From Monocercomonoides exilis PA203 (taxonomy: Eukaryota; Protista; Preaxostyla): a stretch of 64,000 nucleotides of DNA. This document shows positions 32,157 to 44,630 of the stretch, piece after piece. The stretch spans positions 124,001 to 188,000 of the forward strand of contig LSRY02000038.1 in assembly GCA_001643675.2 (NCBI GenBank). The letters run 5' to 3'. How positions within the stretch are numbered: position 1 is the stretch's first letter; the number at the start of each line of letters is the position of its first letter. The notes below the pieces were generated by a model. That model was not told the origin of the DNA, ran no database searches, and saw nothing but the letters and a program-made list of their open reading frames with translations. The translations under genes and the position numbers were made by a program.

Positions 32157-35100
32157 TCACTCATAGAATGTCATCGACTCCTCATTGTGCTGTGACAGCG
32201 ACAGCCTGTTCGAATACTCGTCCACTTTCTTCCACCTCTCCTTCGCCCTCCTGTTCTTCCTCCCCCTCCGCACCAGCAGGCAGCACATCACAAAGAATAT
32301 CACCACCACCACCAGCACCGACATCGATATCCCCAGCACAAGCGACAGAATCTTCGAGTTCCCTTCTGTCTTCACCCCATCCACCGTTATCGTGATGGGC
32401 GTATCGGCCCAGCTCCTCCCGCCATCACACGACACACGACAGCTCAAATTCAAAGGAATCGCTTTGCCTTCATTGATCTCCCCAATATCCACATCCCCAT
32501 CTGTTCTAAGTGACAGCTCGCTGGATGTGCTGATGTATTTGAAGGGAGTTAGCCCCACCGTCACACAGGGACTGCTCACATCTGCCTCGTCTCCTCTCCT
32601 GATCTCGAGGATGGGGTTGTATGGGGAAATCCCCCTGCCGCTGAAGATCAGCTGGTTCACCACAGGAAACGACTGCGCCTTTGTGGAGGTGACTTCGGCG
32701 TGCACGCCTGTTGGGGGTGGGTAGGAGCAAGGGGTGGTGTCGTTGTCCAGAGGGAGGAGGAGTGAGACGCAGTCGGAGTCACAGAAGAGACGGGGCTCAA
32801 TAGCATTGGAGAGGAAGAGAGAGGGAGAAGAAGAAGAAGAAAGAGAAGAGGAAGAAGAAAGAGAAGAAGAAAGAGAAGAAGAAGAAGTCAGATGAGATTG
32901 GTAAGGAAAGCGATGTAATGATTGAGAAGACGTATCATTCAAATAGAACTGAAATTCTTCTCCTTCTCTTTCTCCCTCTCTTTCTCCCTCTCTTTCTCTT
33001 TCTCTTCCTCCTTCTCTTTCTCCTTCTCCTCCTCCTCCTCTCCTCCCCGCCCCATTCCACATCGCGCTAAACCCGTTCGTCTTCTTGTCGATCTTCAGAT
33101 ACGAATTGTCACACGATGCCTCCAAATTGACTGAGGCGTCTAGCAATTTGTGTGTGTTGCCAAAGAAAAAGGAGTTTTTGACCACGACATACGCCCCGAC
33201 TTCAACCAGCATGGCTCCGTTGTTGTTGGAGGAGAAGGAGGAATCGTTGATGAACGTCTTCCACGGGTAGCTGGGGAGGTCATTGGAAAGAGAGGAAGAA
33301 GAAGAGGAGGGAGAGGAAGAAAATGAAGAAGAAGAGAAAGATGATGAATCTTTATTAATATAAACATTTGCATTTACACCATCATCATCTTCTTCTTCTT
33401 TATCTCCTTCTTTTCCCTTCCTTTCTATTATTCTTCCTTCTCTTCCATTTCTTCTTCTTCCTCTCTCATTCATTCTGTCTGTCTCATTTGCTCTCAGCTC
33501 AGCTGGCCCTGTGATGGCAATGGCTCCTCCACAGACAGCTGTGACGATATCTGGTGATGAGAGAGAGTGGGAAGAAGAAGAAGAAGAGGAAGAAAGAGAA
33601 GAAGAAGGAGGAGAAGGAGGAGAAGGAGAGGAAGATAATGAATGAGAAGATGTTGATGAAGAAGAAGAAGATAACATAAATTCTTCATCACTATATTGAT
33701 GATGACAACGAGAATGTTTTGGATATTCCATAATCCATTCATATGCCGCTGTTATGTTCTTCCTGGTTAGTTCTGCTAATTCTGCTCTTTCTCTCTCTCG
33801 GATGATGCTCCTATGAGATGAAATGGAAGAAGAAGAAGAAGAAGAAGAGGAAGAGGAGGAAGAAGAAGAAGAAGAAGAAGAAGAAGAAAGAGAAGAAGAA
33901 GAAGAAGCAGAAAAAGCTCCTTCCATTTGCCCACATTTGTTTCCAGAGAACATTGTGCTCTGAAACACCACATTGTACTCAACCAAGCCATTTTTAATGA
34001 ATTTTTCATAATTTCTGTAATTTTCATTGAAATTGCTGTGAGTTCCAATGATTTCTTCATTTATCATCACTTTTCTGTCTAATTTAACATTATTTTGCAT
34101 GTTTTCATCTTCTTTTTCATTCAAAATGTGTTCTCTTTTGTTCATTTCTTTCTTCTTTTTTTGGTATTTTTCTTCGCCAAACTTCGAAATAAGTGCTTTT
34201 TCTACTGCATTTTTGAACGTATTTGGCTTTTGTCTGTTTTCAATGGAATTTTCATGCTTCAATGAAGAAGAAGAAGAAGAAGAAGTTGATGATGATGATG
34301 AAAGAATTTCATTTCCTTTTCTTTCCTCTTCTTCCTTCTCCTTCTCCTCTTCTTCCTCTTTCTCCTTCACCCTTCCATTTACCTCTTCCTCTTCCTTCTC
34401 CTTCTCCTTCTCCTCCTTCTTCCTCTTAATAATCCTCACCCCTGCCCCTTTTCCCGTGGCTGTATTCGTCACATACCCTCCCGTTATATTCAGTCTAAAA
34501 TCAGTTCTTTCATCCCCCATGTCCACATACACCCCTCCTCCTTCTTCGGCACTGCACCTCTGCGACACATGGGAGAGGACAAAGGAGACAAACGAGGCTG
34601 AGAAGTAAAGATGACATTGATACATTTATGTATAAGGGAGAAATAAATATGAATATATGTATAAGAGAGAGAGAAAGAGAAAGAGAGAAAGAGAGAAAGA
34701 GAGAAAGAGAGAAAGAGAGAAAGAGAGAAAGAGAGAAAGAGAAAGAAATAAAAGAATAGAATAGAATGAATAATATGGAAAGAATAATGATGATAAATAA
34801 AATAAAATAAAAATATTTAAAAATTAAATAAAATAAAATAATAGAAAATTCAATCAAATAAACATTTTCTTCACATCCTCCTCCCCCTCCTCTCCCCCCT
34901 CAACACACCCGAATCCCCTTCCTCCTCCTCCTTCGCATCCCCATCGCTTGTCAATATGCACAACCCTCCTCCTTTCTTCTTCGCAGTGCAATCTTCGAAT
35001 GTAGTCCCTGTTGTGATGACACACTCCAATCCATCCAAACTCTCTCTGCCAGCCACATTCGGGGCAACAATACAGACACCCCCGCCATCTCCTGCCTGCG

Positions 35101-37010
35101 CCTCACACATCTTGAACTTCACTTCACATATCCGGATGGAAAAACTGTTGGAATTGGAAAGTGAATGAGAGGAAGAATGAAATGGAGAAGAGGAAGAGGA
35201 ATATGAACGTGAATTTAGAGAAGGCATAGAAATAATGGACCCTTCTTTTAATTCAGAATTCATCTTCCTCCTCCTCCTCTCTTCTTCTTCCTCTTCCATC
35301 ACCATCTTCTTCTGTGCCTGTGTCTTCCCCACACACTCCACGTGTATTGCTCCTCCGCTCCCTGCCTTGCACATCATAAACGACGACCCATTCACCTTCA
35401 CTGCATCCACATTTCTGATTCTGAATATCCCTCCTTTGCTGTCTGAATACGACAGGTAGTAGCTCGAGAACGTGGTGGATGATCCTTCAGTGAGCGCATC
35501 CACCACAGCCTCAGCACAGTTCTCTACACACACAGCACAGCAGCCATCCATCAATGCGCTGTCATTCGCTGCATTCACCATCATCATGATGCCATTCATC
35601 TGGAAACACACATCCTGTTCTCCCTTGTTGTCTGCTGAGCATGTGAAGTACACCCCCATCCCTTCTCCATCCCCCTGGCACTGCTGATACGTCCCCCCAT
35701 TCAGCACCAGCGGACGCAGGGCACAAACACACCCTCCCCTCTCAGCACAGAAGATGCTGCTGAACGTCGCATACGCCAACGTCACCACTTTCAGCTCAGT
35801 CGAAAGAGGCTCCTGTTTCTTGTCGCTGAGTCTGTAGTTGGGAAAGAAGAGACACCCGCCTTCTTTCTTCGCTTTGCAGCCAGAAAAAGTGAGTGATTCA
35901 TTCACTGTGACTGCGCCAATCGTCACATCCAGCACAATCAACGACCCATTCATCGCATGGCAGTGGTCAAAAGACGCAAAACAAAGAGTTAATTGCTCCA
36001 CCTCCTCCAGCCACAACACAGCTGAGCGACTGCTGCTGCTCCATTGCTGGAAGACAGCCCCGTCTGACAGATATTCCACCTCGTCCTCATCGTCCTCTGG
36101 CTCATAGTCAACAATGCTCACCTCACTGACCCCTTTCACACACACCACAGAGGAGAGGCAGGAGGAGGTTGGGTCGTCGGTTGCAAACTCCCTCAAGGAA
36201 TACTCACGAGACGGTTGGAAACCAGTCAGCGTCGTCTTCTTGAGGTTAAGCGCCGTGGCCGCATTCAGAACATTTGGTTTGCTAAAGGAATTATTTTTGA
36301 CATGCATGTCAAATTTTTTGTTATCGCTTTCAATGAATTTTTCTCTTTTCTCTTTCTCTTCTCCTTCTCCTTCTCCTTCTCCCTCATTCATTCTGCCAGC
36401 CACCACACTCCCTGCATTCCAATACACCGCCCTTCCTTCCTCTTTCGCATGCACCTGACTGATCAAACAATCATCTATCTCTACCATCGCTGCATATTCT
36501 CCCACATACAAAAATCCCCCTTGTGCCTCTGTCTGCGTGTTGGTGACTTCGGAGTGCTTAAATAGGAATTGCGAAACATTCTCGAGAAATATTCCTGCGC
36601 CTTTGGACTTTGTGTGGTGGTTGGAGAGGATTGTGGGCTTGCGGGGGTCATCTGATTGATTGGGAAGAGGAGAGGAGGAGGAAGACAATGAAGAAGAAGA
36701 AGAGAAGGAAGAAGAAGTAGAAGAAGAAGATGAAGAAGATGATGATGAATGTTTCGAAGAACTCGAAAGATGTGACAAATTATCTGATGACATGTGTGAA
36801 GTGGATTTTGGATGAGAAGAGGAGGAGGAGGAAGAAGAAGAAGAAATTGAATTTTGATGAAGGTGGAGAGAGGAAAGAGAATTGAGAGTGGAAGTGTCCC
36901 ACCAGGTGAATGTGCAGGTGGGTGTGTTGGAAAGCGAAATGAGAGAAGAATTGCTGAGAGGAAGAGAATTAGAATAGGAATGAGAGGAAGAGGAAGAGGA
37001 AGAAGATTGA

Positions 37011-37106
<96 letters not shown>

Positions 37107-38455
37107 GATGTTGATGGAGTTGTGCTGTCGTGACCACCACTGAATGTGCTGGCAGAGACGAGCAACGACTCACATTTGAAGACAGTCAGACAGACACCAA
37201 ATGTCGATGGGGTATCTGCTTCATTCAATTTAATAGATGATGATGAGGATGAAGAAGAAGAAGAAGAAGATGATGATGAGGAGGAGGATGATATTTCATT
37301 TTTGTTTGGAAGAGATAATTTATTTACAGAAGATGAAGACGATGACAATGAAGAAGAAGAAGATAAAGATGACGATGAAATAGGTGTGTATTTGAATGCC
37401 GACTCACTCACAGTTATCACCGTCCCCTTCACTCCCCCAGCCACATAGCAGCACCCAACACAGTCCACACAGCCAGACACCGAAAACGTCGAAAACTCGA
37501 CTTTCAGCTCTTCTGCGCCGACAGCAGTGAATGTGGAGTGCTCATTCATCTGCTTCCCTGTTTGACCAGAGTATGTCCCTGTCTGGCGGAGCTTGCTGTT
37601 CTTCACTGTGACTGCCTTGCACCCACGCACTTTCACTGCGAAGCCGCACTGGCTGGTCACAGAAAGCCCATCAAAGCCGACGGCTGGGCAGTCTTCGAAG
37701 TAGCCGAAGGAGATCTTGGATGTCTGATCGACTGAGGAGATTTTTGTGAAGTTGCTTCTCGAAGCATACACATGGCAGTTATTGTCGCTAAGGGTTTGAA
37801 CAGATGGCTTAAAGTCTTTGTCTATCTTAATCCTTAGAGTCGAAATAGAACTTTCAGTGAAACGAAAAGGAGATGAAAATGCTGAAATTAATCAATTCAA
37901 AAATGTGTGCGAATATTTTCATTAATATTGAATCAAATGTTGAAGTAGACCAAACCCGATGCGTCCAATTCCTGAGTTGTGACGTTTACAATCGACACAT
38001 TTTTGCTATTGGAAACACTAAGAACACCATTGGCTGCAGCTTTTATAATTATATTAGAAATTGTCAATCTAAAATTGCCAATAAGGCAAACAAACATAAA
38101 TATCAAAAAACAACGAAATAAACAATGAAACATACGTATCATCGTTGTTGCATGAAAAAAGAGTTTCTCTGTTATTTGAATCAGAAATTAAGGTAACATT
38201 TGCATTTGAACCTTTTATAGTAAGATTTGTTTTTGAATCGATAGCAATACAATTAAAATTTCTGTAAGTAATATTTGCAGCAAAAATTATTTCTGTATTT
38301 GCTACAGCGTTATTTACTGCATAATGAAGAGTTTTACATGGAAATTGTATTCCTTTTTGAAGGCAATCAGTGTTATTGTTCCCTGTATCTGGTTGAACAT
38401 AAATTGATGCATATAAATACTGTAATAATGAGAGAACAAAAAGAACAGAGGTCAT
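32157..38455 (-). CDS. multi-exon type-I surface protein with GGAI-type beta-helix repeats and poly-Ser/Glu insertions
   Basis: Approximate exons 38455-38136, 38068-37956, 37881-~34909 and ~34597-32157. Signal peptide MTSVLFVLSLLQYLYA; N-terminal IYV.P..G....C......PCKT motif; GGAIHV/GGGVCI/GGCLF motifs; TM ILSLVLGISMSVLVVVVIFFVMCCLLV followed by RRGRK. Confidence 0.75.
37011..37103. repeat. pure (GAT)n trinucleotide tract, encoding poly-Ser (TCA) on the minus strand
   Basis: About 30 uninterrupted GAT units. Confidence 0.95.
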
Positions 38456-38636
38456 GAGACTGCACTTCCCACGGAAAAAAGTGCAGATCACTAAAAGAAA
38501 AATAAATAAATGAATGCAATTTTTCTTTTTCAGATTGCTTGCTGTGCTCTTTTGTTGCATTTTTTGCGCTGTCCGTATTGTCTTTGATGTAATAATTTAT
38601 TGATCGAAAACATAACAAATAAATATTGATTAAAAA

Positions 38637-40340
38637 ATGACCACAAACGAAGGAAATGATGCAAAAGATAATGATCCCGATCTTTTAAACCAAGCTTTGC
38701 TTTTATCTTTAGGAATTAATGAGAAGCCAAAAATCAGTGACGTTCAATTGAAGAAAGATATAAAAGAAATACGTGAACTATTCAACAACATTTCAACTGA
38801 TTTTGTTAAAGAACTCATAATTAACAACTGTGGTAGCCCAAATTATGTTAACATAATTATTGAGCATTTGCTTAGTTTGGATGGGAAATATCCTGCAAAA
38901 GAAGAAGATGAATCTGAAGAGGAGGAAGAACTTCTTCAAGATTCACAATCTTCAATAAATCAAGAACAAAAAAATGAAAAGCCTGAAGCAAAGATCCAAA
39001 TTGTGGATGAGACAGATCCAAAGAAAGAATCAGAGAAATACATTCAAGCAGCTTTCTGTTTTATGAAAAATGAATTTCCTCAGTTTCATCGTCTGCTTCC
39101 AATGGTGATACTCACGAGGAACGAATTTAATTTAAAAACTGCTTGGAAATTTTTGTGGAAATTGCAAAAACAAATGGAAATCGATGATTATAATGAAGAA
39201 TTTGGAGATCAACCATCATCTTCAACGAAGCCTTCAAAACCAAGTGGTTCAACGGACGGTTTCAAAGAAGTACCTGAAGACATAACCCCGGAATTTTTGC
39301 GCAAATGCCGTGTGAAAATTCCATTTCCTCAAACACCACTGCCTGCGACTGTTAAGAGATTCGCAGATGATGTGAAAGCGCTTCGGAAGATGATCGATCG
39401 CAAAAGAGAGAACCGAGCCCGCAGAATCGAAGGCCTCGAGGCGAAAAAAGCGCTGCTGGCGAAGCGGCCGCCACCGAATCCCAAGGCAGCGGAGCTGTGG
39501 TACCTTGTGGAGTGCCCATCGTGCTTCGACGAGGTGGCTGCGGTGGGATGTGTGGAGTGCCCAAAAGGGCATGCCATCTGCCTCTCGTGCTTCAAGCAGG
39601 AGGTGAGGCACCATGTGGGGATCTGCAAGGCAACATTGCGCTGCTTTGCAGACGGAGGCTGCAACGAGACATACACTTTCTCCACTGTCCGGCGCGCGCT
39701 GAATGAGGGAGAGCTGTTTCAGCAGTGGGCGCAGCTGGCGAGTCTGCAGGAGGTGAGGAAGAGCGGAATGAACTGCATATTCTGCCCCTTTTGCCAATAT
39801 CCCGAGGAGAAGCCAGCAAATGTCCCTCTGCCTCCAATCTTCCGCTGCCGGAACCAGCGGTGCGGCAAGCTTATTTGCACTATCTGCAACAAGGAAGCAC
39901 ACAAAGAAGGGGAGAAGTGTCCGAAGATGGTCGAAGAAGAGAACGAGGCATCGCTTATCAGATATGTGCAGATGGCGATTGACGAGCGGTGGATTCGCTA
40001 CTGCCCCAGCTGCCATGTGGCGATTGTGAAGAAGAAAGGGTGCAATCACATTCGGTGCAGTTGCGAGTACAACTTCTGCTGTGTGTGCAGAAAGGGCATT
40101 GATCAGGACAACCCTTCGACTCATTTCGGGCAGCCACCGACGTTCTGCAAGCAGTTTACTGATCAAGATGAGGATGATGAGAGAGAACTGACAGAGGCAG
40201 CGAGAGAAGCAGAGAAAGAGTGGCGGGCGAAGCATCCGGAGTATAAAGGGGAGCCGATTCAGGTGAAGGAGCTGACGCAGATGAGCATTGAGAGGAGAAG
40301 GGCGGAGAATAAGGATGATGAAGAGGAGAGGGGACACTGA
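38637..40340 (+). CDS. RBR (RING1-IBR-RING2) E3 ubiquitin ligase, RNF216/Ariadne-like
   Basis: RING1 CPSC...CPKGHAIC..C; IBR CPFC...C....C....CTIC...H; RING2 CPSC...K..GCNHIRC.C...FCCVC with the catalytic GCNH Cys. UIM-like (DLLNQALLLSL) and CUE-like N-terminal segments. Confidence 0.92.
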   Translation: MTTNEGNDAKDNDPDLLNQALLLSLGINEKPKISDVQLKKDIKEIRELFNNISTDFVKELIINNCGSPNYVNIIIEHLLSLDGKYPAKEEDESEEEEELLQDSQSSINQEQKNEKPEAKIQIVDETDPKKESEKYIQAAFCFMKNEFPQFHRLLPMVILTRNEFNLKTAWKFLWKLQKQMEIDDYNEEFGDQPSSSTKPSKPSGSTDGFKEVPEDITPEFLRKCRVKIPFPQTPLPATVKRFADDVKALRKMIDRKRENRARRIEGLEAKKALLAKRPPPNPKAAELWYLVECPSCFDEVAAVGCVECPKGHAICLSCFKQEVRHHVGICKATLRCFADGGCNETYTFSTVRRALNEGELFQQWAQLASLQEVRKSGMNCIFCPFCQYPEEKPANVPLPPIFRCRNQRCGKLICTICNKEAHKEGEKCPKMVEEENEASLIRYVQMAIDERWIRYCPSCHVAIVKKKGCNHIRCSCEYNFCCVCRKGIDQDNPSTHFGQPPTFCKQFTDQDEDDERELTEAAREAEKEWRAKHPEYKGEPIQVKELTQMSIERRRAENKDDEEERGH

Positions 40341-40795
40341 GAAAGAGAGAGGAAGAGAGAGAGAGAGAGAGAGAGAGAGGAAGAGAAAGGAAGAAGGAAG
40401 GAGAAGAAGAAAGAGAAGGAAGGAATTAGAAAGAGAGGAAGAGATGGATGAGGATGGTGCGTTTAAGAGAAGAGGAAGAAGAAGGAGAAGAATTTCGAGA
40501 GGAAGAGGAAGAAGAAGAAGAAGAAGAAGAAAAAGAAGAGGAAGGTCTCTTTTTTTTCCTTTCTTTTCTTTTTTTAATTTTGAAATAAAGTTGAATGAAA
40601 TCAGAAGTGATGAATTGCAGAATTGTTAGTAATATTGTGCAATTGCAATAGATTCAACTTTGATGATGATGATGATAATGATTGATGCCTCAATTATTAT
40701 TATTATTGTGATTATCATTTTGATAAAGGTATGAAGAAATAATGAAGAAGGAATGAATTCTATGTGAATGTTTGATGTTTTGACATGTTATTCTT

Positions 40796-40860
<65 letters not shown>

Positions 40861-41999
40861 ATTATTTTATTTGACATAATATTCGTTAAAGAATTATGTG
40901 ATAGGCAATATTTCTTTGATTCTTATGGGATTTTTCTTTGTATATACAAATTTATTTATTTGTTTGTTTGTTCATTCTTCTTCAGCTAATAAACTTCAAA
41001 TTCTTCGAAATGATATAAATAAAATTAATAGACATTTCACTTTCTTTCCTTTATTCTATCTCTTCTTAATAGCATTTTATTCTCTTCTTCTTCTTCTTCT
41101 TCTTCTTTATTGGTAGGTTTTGTATTCATCTTATATCATCATCATCATCTTCTTCTTCTTCTACTCCTCCTTCTTCCTCTTCCTCTTCTTCTTCCTCCTC
41201 CTCATTTTCTAATTTCTTTTCTTCGTCTTCTTTTTCGTCTTCTTCTTCAAATGCACTTTGAAAAATTGATGAGGCTAAATAAAAGAGAAAATGATGGAAT
41301 TTGGTGTGGAAAAGAGCATTTCAGTAAAAACTTTCTTTTCTTTTTTCTTTTCTTTATTTCTTCATTCTTTTCTTCTTTCTCTTCTTCTCCCTTCTCCCTT
41401 CTTTTTTCTTTCTTTCTTCTTTTCCTCCTCCTTTCATCATTTATCTTCCCTTTTTTCCTCTTAATGGTCTTAAAAATGAAATGAAAATGTTATTTTTTCC
41501 CCCCTTCATTCAACAAAAGACATTCTTTGAGATATTTTTGATTTTTCTGATGAAAAAAATAAGACCGAAAGATAATTTTTGTTTATAACTTTTTCTTTTT
41601 CTTGATTTTTTGGCACTTGAATCAGTTGTTTTCATTACTGTTTATCAAATGTTTGCTTTTTTTCTTTTTTTTTTCTTCATTTTATATGGCAATTCAATTA
41701 AGCTTTTTGTGTTTTTATTTAAGTGTTGTTTGTGTAACACTGTATTTTTGCTTTCCTTTAACCTCATCTTTATCTTCTAACTTGATGTGAAAAAATAATA
41801 AAAGAAAAATAATAATTATTTTTTTATTTTTTATTTTTATTTAAGATTTATTTTTATAATAATTCTCATGAATATGTTATTAAAAATAAAATTCATAAGC
41901 AACACAAAAACATAATCATTTTCACTTCCCATACCAATTTTTCAGAATCTCCATTATTCTTTTCTTCTTTCACAAACTTTTTGATTTATTTAATAAAAT

Positions 42000-43853
42000 T
42001 TAATGGGTTAATGGAGAAGGCGAAGTGGAAGGAGACAGGACGATCAGCGGGTCGATGGGCGACTTTTGGATTTTCATTGGCTGAGTAAGTGAGCGAGAGG
42101 AGATACGAGAAGAGCGGGAAGAGCGAGTTGAACGGGAGGTACACGAAGAATGGGAAGAAGAAGAAGATGATGATGATGAAGGAGATGAAGGAGTAAAATC
42201 AGGATTGGCTGAAGAAACAGCAGAAGGGGAGGGAGATAAGGGAGAGGAAGGAGAGGAAGGAGAAGAGGCTGTTGAAGGATGAGGAGGACGAGGAGAAGAA
42301 ATATTTTTTGGTTTTTTGGTTTTTGGCTGAGCAGACATTGCATGACGTGAGGGTGGAGTTGACTGAAAGGAGATAAAATGAATAAGGGAGATAATAAAAA
42401 ATGAATAATTTTAGAGAGAAATAAAAATATTTGAAAATATAGATAAGCATTAATTCATTGAAAAATGAGTATGTAAATATGAGGATAAAACAATGAAAAC
42501 ATAATTAATACAAAAATTATAAATTTTTTTTGAAATGGTTCAAAAATAGACAAAAAAAAAAAAAAAGAAAGAAAGAAACCTGAGCAGGGGATCTGTTTGG
42601 GACGAAAGGCAAGTCAGCCAAAAGACTTGTCTTTGAGATGCAAATGGAAGCAGAATGAGGAGTAGGAGAAGGAGAAGAAGATGAGGAGGAGGATATTGTT
42701 GCAGAAGGAATAAGAAGAGAAGAAGAAGTAGATGAGGATGAAGTAGAAGATGTGGATGTAGAGGAAGAAGAAGAAATAGGAGAAGAAGAAGTGGAAGAGG
42801 AAGAAATGGAATTAGAAGGAGAAGCAACAGTAGAAGAAGAGATCGAGGCATTTAAAGAGGAAGAAGAAGGAGAAAGGCAAGAAGAGAATGAGAACATGGA
42901 AGGAGATTCAGATAAAGTTGGAGAGAGAAGAGAAGAAACCTGATTGTTATGTTGAAGCTGAAGCTGAAGTTGATGTTGATTGCGAAGGAGAAGAGAAGAA
43001 GAAGGAGAAGAAATGGAAGAAATGGAAGAGACAGAAGAAGGAGATAATGGAGAAGAAATAGAAGAGGAGGAAGAGGAGGAAGAGGAGGAAGAGGAAGAGG
43101 AGGAAGAAGATAATGTTGATAATGCTAATTGTGGTTGCGAGAGTTCGTTCGTTTCGCAGATGGGAAGAGGATCAACTGAAGTTTGGTGGGGGAAAAAAGC
43201 ATAATCATTCAGAAAAAACAGAACAAACATATGTTAATTAATTGATTAAAGAATTTTTGAAAAATGAGAAATATACAGAAATTTTCAAAAAGATAAGCAA
43301 AAATCAAAAATGAAAGAAATAAAATAAAAATATTTTTAACACACAACATTTGAAATATTAATAAAAAATAATAAAATAAATAAGAATGTTGATTGATTTA
43401 TATTTTTCTTTCTTTGAGCATACTATTTTTCTCTTGCACAGAAGGAGACAAAGCAGTTGCATTGAATGCAACAGGTTTGGTAATCAAAGAAGAAGAGGAA
43501 GAGGAAGAGGAAGAGGAAGAGGATGATGATGATGGAAATGAGGAAGGAAAAGAAGAAGAAGAAGAAGAAAGAATAGCAGTGTGCTTTGTGGAGGTGAGAG
43601 GGCAGAAAAGAGGCAGTTTTCGTTGAGGGCTGAAGGAAGGGGCATCGACACGAAGAGGAAGAAGAGGAAGTTGAGAAAGAAGAGAAGAAGAAGAAGGGAA
43701 AGAAGAAGAATTTGATAGAGAAGAAGAAGAATTTGATGATGAAGATGATGAATCTAATAGAAGAGGAGTAATAACAGAAGAAGAAACAGAAGAAGGAGCA
43801 GAAGAAATGGAACGAGAAGAAGGAGAAGGAGAGGAAGAAGAAGAAGACAACAA

Positions 43854-43907
<54 letters not shown>

Positions 43908-44598
43908 GAGAATTGAAGACTTTGAAAAAAGAGAAGAAAAAGAATGAGGAGAAGAAGAAGCAGAAGAAGGGTAAGAAAGATGAGAAGGAGAAGAAGAGGA
44001 GGAAGAAGAGGAAGAGGAAGAAGAGGAAGAAGAGGAAGAAGAGGAAGAAGAAGAAGAAGATGATGATGATGATGAAAGAGAGAAAGAAGAGAGAGAAAGA
44101 GAAGAGGAAGAAGGAGAAGGAGGAGAAGGAGGAAGAGGAGAAGGAGGAAGAGGAGAAAGAGAATTTAGAGAATTAACAGAAGAAGGACGAAAAGGAGTGG
44201 CAGAAGCAGAAAGAAGAGCAAAAGAAGAAGAAGAAGAAGAAGAGGAGGAGGAGGAAGAAGAAGAAGAAGAAAGAGAAGGAAGAGGAGTCTGAAGAGGAGA
44301 AATCGAAGGAGAGGAAGAGAGAGAAGAAGGAGACAAAGCAAGAGGAAGAGGATGTTGAAGAGAAAACGAGTCATTTATTGTCTTCTGATGGGAAATGTGA
44401 GGGGCAGGAGGAAGAGGAAGAGGAGAAGAAGGAGAAGGAGAAGAAGAAGATGATGATGATGAAGGAGAAGGAGAAGGAGAAGGAGAAGGAGAAGAAGAAG
44501 ATGATGAACAAGAAAGAGGAGGAGGAATATTATGATGAGGAGGAGATGGAATTAATGTGAATGAATCAGAAGAAGAAGAAGAAGAGGAGGAGGAGGAG

Positions 44599-44630
<32 letters not shown>

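Noticed and set aside
36481-37173. ORF with a long poly-His run
   Set aside because: Off-frame reading of the (GAT)n poly-Ser tract.
39249-40337. 362-aa antisense ORF over the RBR gene
   Set aside because: GC-rich antisense shadow with no recognisable motifs.
41100-41470. Glu/Lys-rich minus-strand stretch as a separate gene or extra CCCH exon
   Set aside because: Low complexity, stops nearby, and no consistent splice model could be built.
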